Source: Geotalea uraniireducens Rf4 (GTDB lineage: Bacteria > Desulfobacterota > Desulfuromonadia > Geobacterales > Geobacteraceae). From it: 32,000 nt of DNA. Both the position numbers and the translations under genes were made by a program. The notes under the pieces are model-generated. The model did not search any database. It worked only from the letters and a program-made list of their open reading frames with translations, and had not been told where the DNA came from. Position 1 is the first letter of the stretch, and every line of letters begins with the position of its first letter. The stretch spans positions 2,430,001 through 2,462,000 of the forward strand of contig NC_009483.1 in the NCBI RefSeq assembly GCF_000016745.1, written 5' to 3'. Of the stretch, positions 23,269 through 31,838 are shown piece by piece.

Positions 23269-25822
23269 GTGTCCAATTTCACCTTCCTCAACACCGACTG
23301 GCCCGAGCTGTGTGAGATAGCCCGCGAAGCCGAGCAGAACGTCAACAGCGCCCCTCGGACCAGTTGTTTCTATGCCCGGCGCTCGCTGGAGAGGGCGGTG
23401 AAGTGGCTCTATACCAATGACTCCTACCTCAGGCAACCCTACGCCGACAACCTGGCCGCACTGATCCACGAACCGACCTTCCGGGAGAACCTGGAACCCT
23501 GCCTCTTCCCCAAGATCCTCACCATCCAGAAAATCGGCAACCTGGCCGTCCACAGCGACAAACCGATCAGCAACAGTGATTCCCTCCACACTCTCAAAGA
23601 ACTCTTCCACGTCCTCTACTGGCTGGCCCGCAGCTATTCCCCAAATGCGGCGGCCATTGGCAAACCGCTCTTCGACATCTCCAAAATCCCGCAGAAGGAC
23701 AGTGCCGTTGCCGACCGCAACGCCGAGCAGCTGGCCAGGATGCAGGCCGACCTGTCGGAAAGAGACGCCAGACTGGCCGCTAAGGATGCGGAGCTGGCCA
23801 GGACGATAGATGAAATAGAGGCCCTCAAAGCCAGGATTCAGCCCCGGCCATTTCGACCTGATCGTCATCGACGAGGCCCACCGCTCTGTCTACCAGAAGT
23901 TCTGCGCCATCTTAGAGTATTTCGACTCCCTGCTGCTGGGGCTTACCGCCACGCCGCGGGCCGAGGCGGACCGGGATACCTACCGGCTGTTCGAGCTGGA
24001 GAAGGGGGTTCCCACCTACTACTACGAGCTGGGGCAGGCGGTGACGGACGGCTTCCTGGTGCCGCCAAAGGCCCACTCGGTGCCGCTCAAGTTCCAGCGG
24101 GAGGGGATCAGCTACAACGAGCTCTCCGAAGAGGAACAGTTGGAGTACGAGGAGAAATTCTGGGACGAGGAAGCCGGCGGCATGCCGGAGAAGATCGACC
24201 CGCCGGCCTTGAACAACTGGCTGTTTAACATCGACACCGTGGATAAAGTGCTGGAGCACCTGATGCGGCACGGTCTCAAGGTGGCTGGTGGCGACCGATT
24301 GGGGAAAACGATCATCTTTGCCAAGAACCACAACCACGCCCTCTTTATCCAGGAGCGCTTCGACGCCAACTACCCCCACCTGAAAGGAAAGTTCTGCCGA
24401 ATCATCGACAACTATGAATCCTATGCCCAGAGCCTGATCGACGACTTCTCGGTAAAGGAGAACGACCCGACCATCGCCATTTCGGTGGACATGCTGGACA
24501 CCGGCATCGACGTGCCGGAAATCGTCAACTTGGTCTTCTTTAAGCTTGTCCGCTCCAAAACCAAGTTCCACCAGATGATGGGGCGCGGCACCAGGCTCTG
24601 CAAGGAGCTGTTCGGGCCGGGAGAGGACAAGAAGGAGTTTTACGTCTTCGACTACTGCCAGAATTTCGAGTTCTTTGCCGAAAAACCGGAAGGGGTGGAG
24701 AGCGGCAGCCAGGAGTCGCTGGGCAAGAAGATCTTCAAGCAGCGTCTGAACCTGCTTGTCCGCCTGCAACAGCCGGACTACCCGGCCAGCGACGAAGAGC
24801 GGCGCCTGCGGGGGAGTCTGGAGGATACCCTGCATGGCGAGGTATCCGTGATGAACCCGGACAACTTCATCGTCCGTCCCCATCGCCGACATCTGGAGAA
24901 ATACAGTGCCAGGGACAAGTGGAACAGTTTGAGCGCGGAAGACGAACTGGAAGTGAGGCTCCATCTGGCGGGACTGCCGGCGGAGCTCCCGCAGGAAGAC
25001 GAGACCGCCAAACGCTTCGACCTGCTGTTGCTGAACCTGCAACTGGCACTGTTGGAGAAATCCGGCTCCTTTGCCCGTTACCGGGACAAGGTGATGGAGA
25101 TCGCCGCCCGGCTGGAAGGGAAAGGGACGATCCCCATGGTGGCACAACAGATGGAGCTGATCCTGGAGCTGCAAACGGAAGGGTACTGGGCCGGTATTAC
25201 TCTGCCCATGCTTGAAGAGGTGCGCGTCCGCTTGCGGCAGCTGATCAAGTTCCTGGACAAAGGCGAGGCGCGGATCGTCTATACCGACTTCGAGGATAGT
25301 ATCGGCGACCATACTCCCATATTTGTGCCGGGTTATTCCAGTGCGGAGGATATGCGCCAGTATCGGCTGAAGGTGGAACGCTTCATCCGCGACCATGCCG
25401 GGCACATCACCATCAACAAGCTGCGGATGAACCGGCATATTACCCGGCAGGACCTGGAAGAGCTGGAGCGGCTATTGTTTACAGCGGAAGAGGTGGGGAG
25501 CCGGGAGCGTTTCGAGAAGGTCTTCGGCCACCAGCAGAGCCTAGGGGCGTTTATCCGCAGCCTGGTCGGCCTGGACCGGGAAGCGGCCACCGAGGCCTTC
25601 GGCGAATTCCTGCACGGCACGACCTACTCGGCTACCCAGATCAGGTTCATCGATCAGATCATAGCTTATCTGACCCAGAACGGCACCATGGACCCCGGAC
25701 TGCTCTACGAGCCACCATTTACCGATATTCACGACGAAGGGTTGGACGGGGTGTTTGGCGATGAGGGGGCGACGAAGATTATACATTTGCTGGAAGAGAT
25801 CACCCTGAAGGCGGCTGTGTAA
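23269..25822 (+). pseudogene. hsdR: Type I restriction enzyme R subunit (HsdR) with internal deletion and frameshift
   Basis: Frame 1 encodes an N-terminal DUF4145-like domain plus coiled coil up to ...EIEALKARIQ (about 23840). Frame 2 then continues as GHFDLIVIDEAHRSVYQKF...LTATP...helicase C-domain...MMGRGTRL to 25822. No PD-(D/E)xK nuclease domain or Walker A (motif I) lies between them, and there is no in-frame start before 24041. Confidence 0.8.
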
Positions 25823-25924
25823 TCAAATCCCTACGCGATGGACAAATGAAAAATTCCGCTCAGTTCATGCTGGATAGCACACAGGAACAGTTGAAACTGA
25901 TTGCGGATGATGTGGGGGAAAGCG

Positions 25925-26164
25925 ATGAATCGGCATGACCAGCCGTACGACTGGCAGCGGTTCTGGATACACTTCGTGTGCGGCGCCCTGATTGGCGGTG
26001 GAATCGGTTTTTTCTACTGGTTCCGTCACTGGCACGCCGGGCTGTCCGTGTGGGGTTGCACCGCCTTTCCGTCGCTGGCTCTCGCCTTGCTCGGTGGGGT
26101 ATTCGGGGACTGCTTCTGGGAGGGTTTCCTCAAATTCATCCGCCGCTGGTACTGGTGGGTGTGA
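25925..26164 (+). CDS. Small hypothetical membrane protein (79 aa, two hydrophobic segments)
   Basis: MNRHDQPYDWQRFWIHFVCGALIGGGIGFFYWF...AFPSLALALLGGVFG, with GGGGGA upstream. No family recognised. Confidence 0.4.
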   Translation: MNRHDQPYDWQRFWIHFVCGALIGGGIGFFYWFRHWHAGLSVWGCTAFPSLALALLGGVFGDCFWEGFLKFIRRWYWWV

Positions 26165-26245
26165 CGAGAGAGGTAATAGTCAAAGGACCGATCAAGCCGG
26201 ATCGGACAGATCGGTTTGTCGCACTACCGGGAAAGCAGGAGAGCC

Positions 26246-27028
26246 ATGAGCACTCATTCTTCAGCACTTCGCCCTCACGGCGGCTACCGCCGCCTGCGGT
26301 CATTTCAGGTGACCGAGATCATTTACGACGGCACGGTCTCCTTTTGCGACCGTTTCGTAAGCAAGCGGTCGCGGACGCATGACCAGATGGTGCAGGCCGC
26401 ACGCAGCGGGCGGCAGAACATCGCCGAAGGGAGCAGGGCATCGGCAACTTCGAGCCAGACGGAGTTGCGGCTGGTGAACGTCGCACGCGCCAGCCTGGAC
26501 GAACTGCTGCTGGATTACGAAGATTTTCTTCGCCAGCGGGGTCTGCGTCAATGGGAAAAGGACGACGCAGAGGCCCGAGCGGTGCGGGCAGCGGGGGTAA
26601 AGAGGAAAACTGATCCGACTGATCGGTCGGATCGGACTGATCGGTCGGATCGGACTGATCAGTCGGATAGTACGGCTTATGCCGCTTGGCTTGAAAACGC
26701 CGATCCGGCGGTGGTCGCCAACACGCTGATCTGCCTGATCCACCAGGCGAATTATCTGCTCGACCGGCAGATCGTCGGGCTGGAAAAGCAATTCATCCAG
26801 GAAGGCGGCTACAGCGAGCGGCTGCACGCTGCCCGGCTGGCGGAGCGGCATAAGCAGAATCAGACTGATCCGTCGGATCGGACCGATCGGTCCGAGAAAA
26901 AGCTTTGTCCAGCTTGTGGCAAGCCAATGGTATTGCGCACGGCCCGGAAGGGCTCCAACGCTGGCTCGCAGTTCTGGGGGTGTTCGGGGTATCCCGAATG
27001 CAAAACTACCCTGCCGGTGCAACCGTAA
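26246..27028 (+). CDS. Four-helix-bundle (23S rRNA IVS protein-like) domain protein with TDRSDR repeats and a C-terminal topoisomerase-type C4 zinc finger
   Basis: YRRLRSFQVTEIIYD...THDQMVQAARSGRQNIAEGS is four-helix-bundle family. CPACGKPMVLRTARKGSNAGSQFWGCSGYPECK is a zf-C4_Topoisom pattern. I use ATG 26246, preceded by AGGAGAG. Confidence 0.75.
   Translation: MSTHSSALRPHGGYRRLRSFQVTEIIYDGTVSFCDRFVSKRSRTHDQMVQAARSGRQNIAEGSRASATSSQTELRLVNVARASLDELLLDYEDFLRQRGLRQWEKDDAEARAVRAAGVKRKTDPTDRSDRTDRSDRTDQSDSTAYAAWLENADPAVVANTLICLIHQANYLLDRQIVGLEKQFIQEGGYSERLHAARLAERHKQNQTDPSDRTDRSEKKLCPACGKPMVLRTARKGSNAGSQFWGCSGYPECKTTLPVQP
26609..26668. repeat. Tandem GATCGG-rich 18-nt repeats (encoding TDPTDRSDRTDRSDRTDQSD)
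   Basis: CGGATCGGACTGATCGGT and CGGATCGGACTGATCAGT are adjacent. Related blocks occur at 26185-26214 (upstream, non-coding) and 26861-26895. Confidence 0.75.
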
Positions 27029-27168
27029 AGAACCAGAAGAAGACCGCGTCATGAAGCTCCATTTCCTTCTCCTGGCCGTCATAGCCGTAAGGGCAGGGGG
27101 CAATTCAATGGGGGAAATAGGGCCTGATACAGGCAGAAAAGAGCAGATTGGACAGGATTTCCGGAGGA

Positions 27169-27471
27169 ATGATGAAGAAACCCTTTTGTATCTGGGAAGG
27201 CGATACCCTGGTGCTTAATATTCTCGGTACGCCCAATGCCAAACGGGACGCCATCGGCAAGGTGAAGGGGCATCAGCTCTGTGTCAGTGTAACGGCGGTC
27301 CCCCGCGCCGGGCGGGCAACCGATCATATGGTGCGATTTCTGGCCGATGAATTTGGCGTATCGGTCAGCGATATCCAGGTTGTATTCGGGCGCATGAATG
27401 TCAATAAACAGCTGCGGATCAAGGCACCAAAGCGCCTGCCGTCGGTCATCGGGCAGCAGGAGTTGTGCTAG
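27169..27471 (+). CDS. DUF167 (YggU) family protein
   Basis: L.I...P.AKRD.I.......L.V.V.A.P..G.AN..... pattern: LVLNILGTPNAKRDAIGKVKGHQLCVSVTAVPRAGRATDHMVRFLADEFGV. The start is ambiguous (27148 TTG, 27169 or 27172 ATG). Confidence 0.7.
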   Translation: MMKKPFCIWEGDTLVLNILGTPNAKRDAIGKVKGHQLCVSVTAVPRAGRATDHMVRFLADEFGVSVSDIQVVFGRMNVNKQLRIKAPKRLPSVIGQQELC

Positions 27472-27505
27472 GCTGGACAGACATCAACAGCGTGAAGGAG
27501 AAGAT

Positions 27506-28036
27506 ATGAGCGACATGATCGAACTGCTGAGGAAACGCCGCAGCATCCGCAAATTTACCCCGGAAAAGGTTGCACCGGAAACCGTTGAGCTGCTCATCGA
27601 GGCGCTCCTCCGTGCACCGTCCTCCAGGAGCATCAACCCATGGGAATTCGTCGTGGTCGATGACAGTGAGCTTCTTTCAAAGCTCTCCCGATCTAAAGAG
27701 CATGGCTCCGAGTTCCTGAAAAACGCCCCCCTCGCTATCGTCGTATGCGCCGACAGCACCAAGTCGGACGTATGGGTCGAAGACTGCTCCATAGCCTCGA
27801 TAATCGTGCAGATGGCGGCGCTATCAATGGGGCTGGGGAGTTGCTGGGTGCAGATACGGAACCGCAGGCACGACGCCGGCAGATCCGCGGAGGAGTATAT
27901 CCGGGAACTCCTCGGCCTGCCGGAACATATCAAGGTGGAATCGATCATCGGCATCGGTCACCCAGGAGAGAAAAAAAGGGCCGTACCGGCCAAGGACCTG
28001 CAATACGAAAATGTGAAACGCAATCGCTACGCGTGA
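27506..28036 (+). CDS. Nitroreductase family protein
   Basis: LLRKRRSIRKFTPEKV...LIEALLRAPSS.N.PWEFVVV is the classic nitroreductase N-terminus. GAAGGAG RBS before ATG 27506; the track start 27398 overlaps the previous gene. Confidence 0.85.
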   Translation: MSDMIELLRKRRSIRKFTPEKVAPETVELLIEALLRAPSSRSINPWEFVVVDDSELLSKLSRSKEHGSEFLKNAPLAIVVCADSTKSDVWVEDCSIASIIVQMAALSMGLGSCWVQIRNRRHDAGRSAEEYIRELLGLPEHIKVESIIGIGHPGEKKRAVPAKDLQYENVKRNRYA

Positions 28037-28075
28037 AAGACGATGTCATAAGAAATGCTGCGGGAGAGTTGACCC

Positions 28076-28492
28076 ATGAAGACATACCGTAAGGAATTAT
28101 GGTTCGAAACCAGGAAACGTCGGAAGTTGATCAACATCACCCCCACTGTTGCGGAGTGCCTGCAAGAGAGCGGCATCCACGAGGGGCTTCTCCTCTGCAA
28201 TGCCATGCACATTACCGCCAGCGTATTCATCAACGACGACGAGGCCGGCCTGCACCAGGACTTCGAGGTGTGGCTGGAGGGGCTGGCCCCGGAGAAACCC
28301 TACTCACGCTACCGCCATAACGGCTACGAGGACAACGCCGACGCACACCTCAAGCGGACCATCATGGGACGGGAGGTTGTGGTGGCGGTGACCGACGGGA
28401 AACTGGATCTCGGGCCGTGGGAACAGGTTTTCTACGGCGAGTTCGACGGAATGCGGCGAAAGCGGGTGCTGGTCAAGATCATCGGCTCCTGA
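28076..28492 (+). CDS. YjbQ/UPF0047 family protein (secondary thiamine-phosphate synthase-like)
   Basis: INITP.V.......GI.EGL..C...[15 protein letters not shown]...WLE.L.P......[14 protein letters not shown]...G is a very conserved family signature. Confidence 0.85.
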   Translation: MKTYRKELWFETRKRRKLINITPTVAECLQESGIHEGLLLCNAMHITASVFINDDEAGLHQDFEVWLEGLAPEKPYSRYRHNGYEDNADAHLKRTIMGREVVVAVTDGKLDLGPWEQVFYGEFDGMRRKRVLVKIIGS

Positions 28493-28530
28493 CTCTGATC
28501 GCAACCCTTTCCTGGAGGTGGCGGAGTCGG

Positions 28531-29049
28531 TCAGTCCCGGGGAGCGGTCTGGGGTGCTGATTTGTAGTCTGGCGGCGGTGGTGGAGGCGCGGTTCGCCGC
28601 ACACGCCGTGTCCGCATTCCGGGTATCTGGTTTCCCTTGGCGTACATGCACTGCAGATATGCGTTGTCGTACCGCCGTTGTGCCTCATATCCATAATACT
28701 GACCGGCGCTGGCGCCGGAGGCCGTTCCGACGAGAAGGCCGCTGCCGGCGCCGATGGCTGCGCCGGTCCCCGCATCCCCTGCTGCGGCGCCGAGGGCCGC
28801 GCCGATACCCGCGCCGACGATCGTGCCGACGGCAGCCCCTGAGACGGTGCTCTCACTCATTGCCTCCTGGGGAGAGATCCCAATCTGCTGGCCAGCCCAC
28901 TGTCTGCAGATTATGTCATCGACCTGAAACACCTCGAAGGGTTTGTCGGGCGCCGGGAGCACCAGCACGCTTGGCCCCGTCGGGATCGTCGCGCATCCGG
29001 CCAGCGGCAGCAACACAAGAAAACACAGGATTCCTGGCATGCGTATCAT
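28531..29049 (-). CDS. Glycine-zipper lipoprotein
   Basis: Lipobox LLPLAGC. GAAVGTIVGAGIGAALGAAAGDAGTGAAIGAGSGLLVG glycine-zipper segment. Pro-rich tail. Confidence 0.75.
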   Translation of the reverse strand: MIRMPGILCFLVLLPLAGCATIPTGPSVLVLPAPDKPFEVFQVDDIICRQWAGQQIGISPQEAMSESTVSGAAVGTIVGAGIGAALGAAAGDAGTGAAIGAGSGLLVGTASGASAGQYYGYEAQRRYDNAYLQCMYAKGNQIPGMRTRRVRRTAPPPPPPDYKSAPQTAPRD

Positions 29050-29052
29050 GGT

Positions 29053-29622
29053 TCAATCCTCCTCGTCCCTGGGCGGCGGCGCAGGAATAACCTTCAGCCA
29101 CCCTTTCGGACACTGTTTTACATACGGATAGTAACCCTTCGGGTCCTGGCAGAAATACCAGTAACTCGGTTCCTCCGGTTGGATATATTCGTAAGACTGC
29201 GGCGGGGCGGCTGCAGGCGGTGCTCCGTAATACGGGTAATACGGGTAATACGGGTAATACGGGTAATACGGGTAATACGGGTAGGTGTAATACGGATAGT
29301 ATGGATAGTACGGGTAACCCCACCATCCTGGCCCGACCCAGACACCGACCCCGACGCGTCCGCCGTGCCCGCCTCCGTCATGCCAACCTCTGCCGTGCCA
29401 GCCTCCTCCGCCAGACCAGGTGCCGCCGCCACGAACTCCACCGCTACGAACTCCACCGCCACGAACTCCACCGCCACGAACACCACCACTACGCACTTCA
29501 CCGCCACTCACTCCGCCTCCACTCACTCCGCCGTCACGCACGGGAGGGGCAGTGTGCGTGGGGAGGGAATTTGCCAGGATCAGCGCTATGGTCGCAAGGG
29601 CAATACAAATGATTCTTTTCAT
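29053..29622 (-). CDS. Secreted low-complexity repeat protein (GGVR and YPYYP repeats) with a conserved Cys-containing C-terminal motif
   Basis: Signal peptide MKRIICIALATIALILA, (S/G)GGVR x ~7, (YPY)n, then YWYFCQDPKGYYPYVKQCPKGW. Apparently co-transcribed with 28531-29049. Confidence 0.65.
   Translation of the reverse strand: MKRIICIALATIALILANSLPTHTAPPVRDGGVSGGGVSGGEVRSGGVRGGGVRGGGVRSGGVRGGGTWSGGGGWHGRGWHDGGGHGGRVGVGVWVGPGWWGYPYYPYYPYYTYPYYPYYPYYPYYPYYPYYGAPPAAAPPQSYEYIQPEEPSYWYFCQDPKGYYPYVKQCPKGWLKVIPAPPPRDEED
29227..29280. repeat. Six perfect tandem copies of a 9-nt unit (GTAATACGG) within the repeat-protein gene
   Basis: Read directly, with degenerate copies continuing to about 29320. 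A second 15-nt tandem array (GCCACGAACTCCACC-like) lies at about 29428-29530. Confidence 0.9.
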
Positions 29623-29791
29623 ATCAGCCCCCTTTTGCGTGAAGTATTTTATGAAAAATTATACCATAAATCAGCATGTTCTGCTTGCACAACGGCGACA
29701 ACGGAGTGGCTCCTTTCTCCGTATGGGACCAGACCCCCCCCGCCGATTTCCCCGCTTGCGGGTACATCGGAAGCACAACCAATCCTTATGC

Positions 29792-29819
29792 AAAAAAGCC
29801 CGCGTGATGCGGGCTTTTT
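29792..29819 (-). terminator. Intrinsic (potentially bidirectional) terminator downstream of the cupredoxin gene
   Basis: AAAAAAGCCCGC-GTGAT-GCGGGCTTTTT, with A and T runs on both sides. Confidence 0.8.
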
Positions 29820-29926
29820 AATTTCTTTTGCAGCTTTTTACCGTGGCCAGACCGATTATCACGAGGGGATTGATACTGAATCAGTTGCGCAAGAAAGCCT
29901 GGCGGGTCAGGTTCAAGGGTAACGCC

Positions 29927-30388
29927 CTACTCAATACGTATTTCCCCTTTCATCCCCAGGTCGACATGCCCTTCGATTGTGCAGATGAGATGGTAGCTTC
30001 CCGTCGTCACGGGGATGAAATACAGATCAAGGGAACGTCCGGGGTACACTTCGATAGCAGTGAAATAGGGGGTCTTTACCTCGCCGTCGGTATTTGACTG
30101 GAGTTTTCGGGTGGCGACTGCCCGGAAGAATCCCTCCGCGGTAAAGTAGTGTTTCTGGGTGCCCTTATTCTCGATAACGAGCTTGTAGGGAACCCCCTGG
30201 CGGAAGACGATGGTCGCTGGATTGAAGGCAAAGTCGGTCATGGTGACGGTGGTGGTTTCCATCTTTGACCAGTCGGCGGCCTTGACCCGGTCTGCTGCGT
30301 CCCGCACATAAGTTGCATGATGGTGGCCACAACCTGAAATGACAATGGTCGCTGCCGTCAGAATAATGGTCAGTAATATTTTTTTCAT
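29927..30388 (-). CDS. Cupredoxin-like (plastocyanin/azurin-type) lipoprotein
   Basis: Lipobox VISGC. H...C-x4-H-x4-M copper-site pattern (KHYF ... YHLICTIEGHVDLGM). I start at ATG 30388 (MKKILLT...) rather than the track's 30547. Confidence 0.75.
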   Translation of the reverse strand: MKKILLTIILTAATIVISGCGHHHATYVRDAADRVKAADWSKMETTTVTMTDFAFNPATIVFRQGVPYKLVIENKGTQKHYFTAEGFFRAVATRKLQSNTDGEVKTPYFTAIEVYPGRSLDLYFIPVTTGSYHLICTIEGHVDLGMKGEIRIE

Positions 30389-30671
30389 AGCGTCCTCACT
30401 TTTCCGGAAGCAGAGGATAGTCGGTGCAACTCCTGCCTCGCCAAACGATGATGCTCCTGTGGACAGTTTATCATTATATATAACCTCCGCAAGAAACCCA
30501 AGGCGGTTGGCGGACTCATGCCGGGACGGTCCGGTGACGCTGACCAATGGGGAAATCAGGTTGACAGTGAAAGGCTCGGGGGCAGATACTATCTTGACAG
30601 GTAATTATAAGGATAATATCTTACCTTGATGCCGGGCAAATTTGTCGCAACGGGGGGAGAGCGAGCAATCC

Positions 30672-31376
30672 ATGGGTTCAGCCGGTAAGAAAAACCACTA
30701 CCACAGTGTCAAGGCGGCTGTCCTGGTCCTGCTTCTGGTCGTGCTCAGTGTCCTCGTCTGGCGTGAGGCTCCGCCGGAGTTATTTGATCCGAAATGGATT
30801 GAAGACTTTCTGGAAGGGGGGGGCAGGCTGGCGCCGCTCTTGTTTGTGCTGCTCAGGGTCGTCGCGATTGTGGTGACCGTCGTCCCCAACGCTCCCCTCG
30901 ATATCGCCGGAGGCGTGCTCTTCGGGCCTTTCTGGGGAACTATATACTCGCTGCTGGGGTCCGAGGCGGGGGCCATTGCCTGTTTTCTCCTCGCCCGTCA
31001 CCTCGGCAGGGAGGCGATCACCCGGCTTCTGCATCGGGATATCACCTTCAGCGACCGGATTGCCCGGCGCCATCTTGCATACATCGTCCTTTTTGCCCGT
31101 CTTGAGCCGGTATTCTCTTTCGCCCTCGTCAGCTACGGGGCCGGCCTGACAGGGATGTCGCTGCGCTCCTTTGCCCTGAGCACGCTGATCGGGATGACTC
31201 CAGGCACCATTATCCTCAACTACTACGGGAAGAGTTTTTTCTCCGGCAGCATTCTGCTGCAGGTCTCCCTGGGGCTCGTTCTCGTGGTATTGCTGTTCGT
31301 CGTCCCGGTCTGGATCAAGCGGAAAAACCCCTGGGGGTGGTATGATAAAATGACCGGGGGCGGCAAAATGAGGTAG
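30672..31376 (+). CDS. TVP38/TMEM64 (DedA-related) family membrane protein
   Basis: Multiple TM segments and the P.D...G.LFG...G...S..G...GA...F..AR..GR motif (APLDIAGGVLFGPFWGTIYSLLGSEAGAIACFLLARHLGR). The alternative TTG start at 30642 is possible. Confidence 0.8.
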   Translation: MGSAGKKNHYHSVKAAVLVLLLVVLSVLVWREAPPELFDPKWIEDFLEGGGRLAPLLFVLLRVVAIVVTVVPNAPLDIAGGVLFGPFWGTIYSLLGSEAGAIACFLLARHLGREAITRLLHRDITFSDRIARRHLAYIVLFARLEPVFSFALVSYGAGLTGMSLRSFALSTLIGMTPGTIILNYYGKSFFSGSILLQVSLGLVLVVLLFVVPVWIKRKNPWGWYDKMTGGGKMR

Positions 31377-31838
31377 GTTGCCCACGCTCGATGGAGCGAG
31401 CCGTCCGATAAACCGATCAGCCGTATCGATTCCCTCCACACCTGCATCAGGAAGATCCCAAGAAACATAACCACATGCATGTCTCACGCGATGGCGCAAC
31501 GAAAGGTTTATAAACTATTTTTGGATCATGGTTTTAAATCGTCGCACCGTCGCTTAAAGTCGCCTACTTTTGGTGCGTCGTTGCGTGCCCCCTTCTTTAA
31601 TATTTGGTTTTCGACTGATCGAGCCGTTATTGTTACAATAGTTGATCTTCAGAGGGTGAGATCAAGGGTTGTTACAAATATAACAATGTTATTTATTGCT
31701 GAAATCTGTTAAACTGCAACACTGTAAATCATCGGCATCTGAGGAAGGGTCGTCCATGGGTCGGGTGTTTAAATCGGTGTACAAGAAGTCATTCGCGAGA
31801 CATTGAACCATAAACGGCTGATAAAGCGGGAGCCGGAC

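Noticed and set aside
23846-24228. C-terminal ~125 residues of the track ORF 23269-24228 (PRPFRPDRHRRGPPLCLPEV...)
   Set aside because: This is out-of-frame read-through after the hsdR deletion junction. The real homology (GHFDLIVIDEAH...) is in the other frame.
23912-25438. 508-aa minus-strand ORF. The same applies to 19240-20022 (260 aa), 17262-18005 (247 aa), 26300-27103 (267 aa) and 13387-14024 (about 200 aa), all on the minus strand.
   Set aside because: All lie antisense to genes with strong family signatures (hsdR, hsdM, hipA, four-helix-bundle protein, MNT/yheU). Their translations are low-complexity Arg/Gly/Pro/Leu-rich with no motifs. These are typical GC-rich antisense artefacts.
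25846-25935. 29-codon ORF after hsdR (MKNSAQFMLDSTQEQLKLIADDVGESDESA)
   Set aside because: It is too short, has no clear RBS, and overlaps the start of the better-supported small membrane ORF.
11129-27200. Search for a direct repeat of the ssrA 3' end (attR) and for an integrase to delimit the island
   Set aside because: I found no second copy of TTCGATTCCCGCCACCTCCACCA by eye and no integrase-like ORF. The island borders are therefore not claimed as features. A mismatch-tolerant computational search is needed.
29118-29922. ORFs of 129-247 aa on either strand overlapping the repeat-protein gene
   Set aside because: They are alternative-frame readings of tandem repeats (VIRVIRVIR, NTGNTGNTG and similar). 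Only the minus-strand frame has a signal peptide, an RBS and a conserved C-terminal motif.
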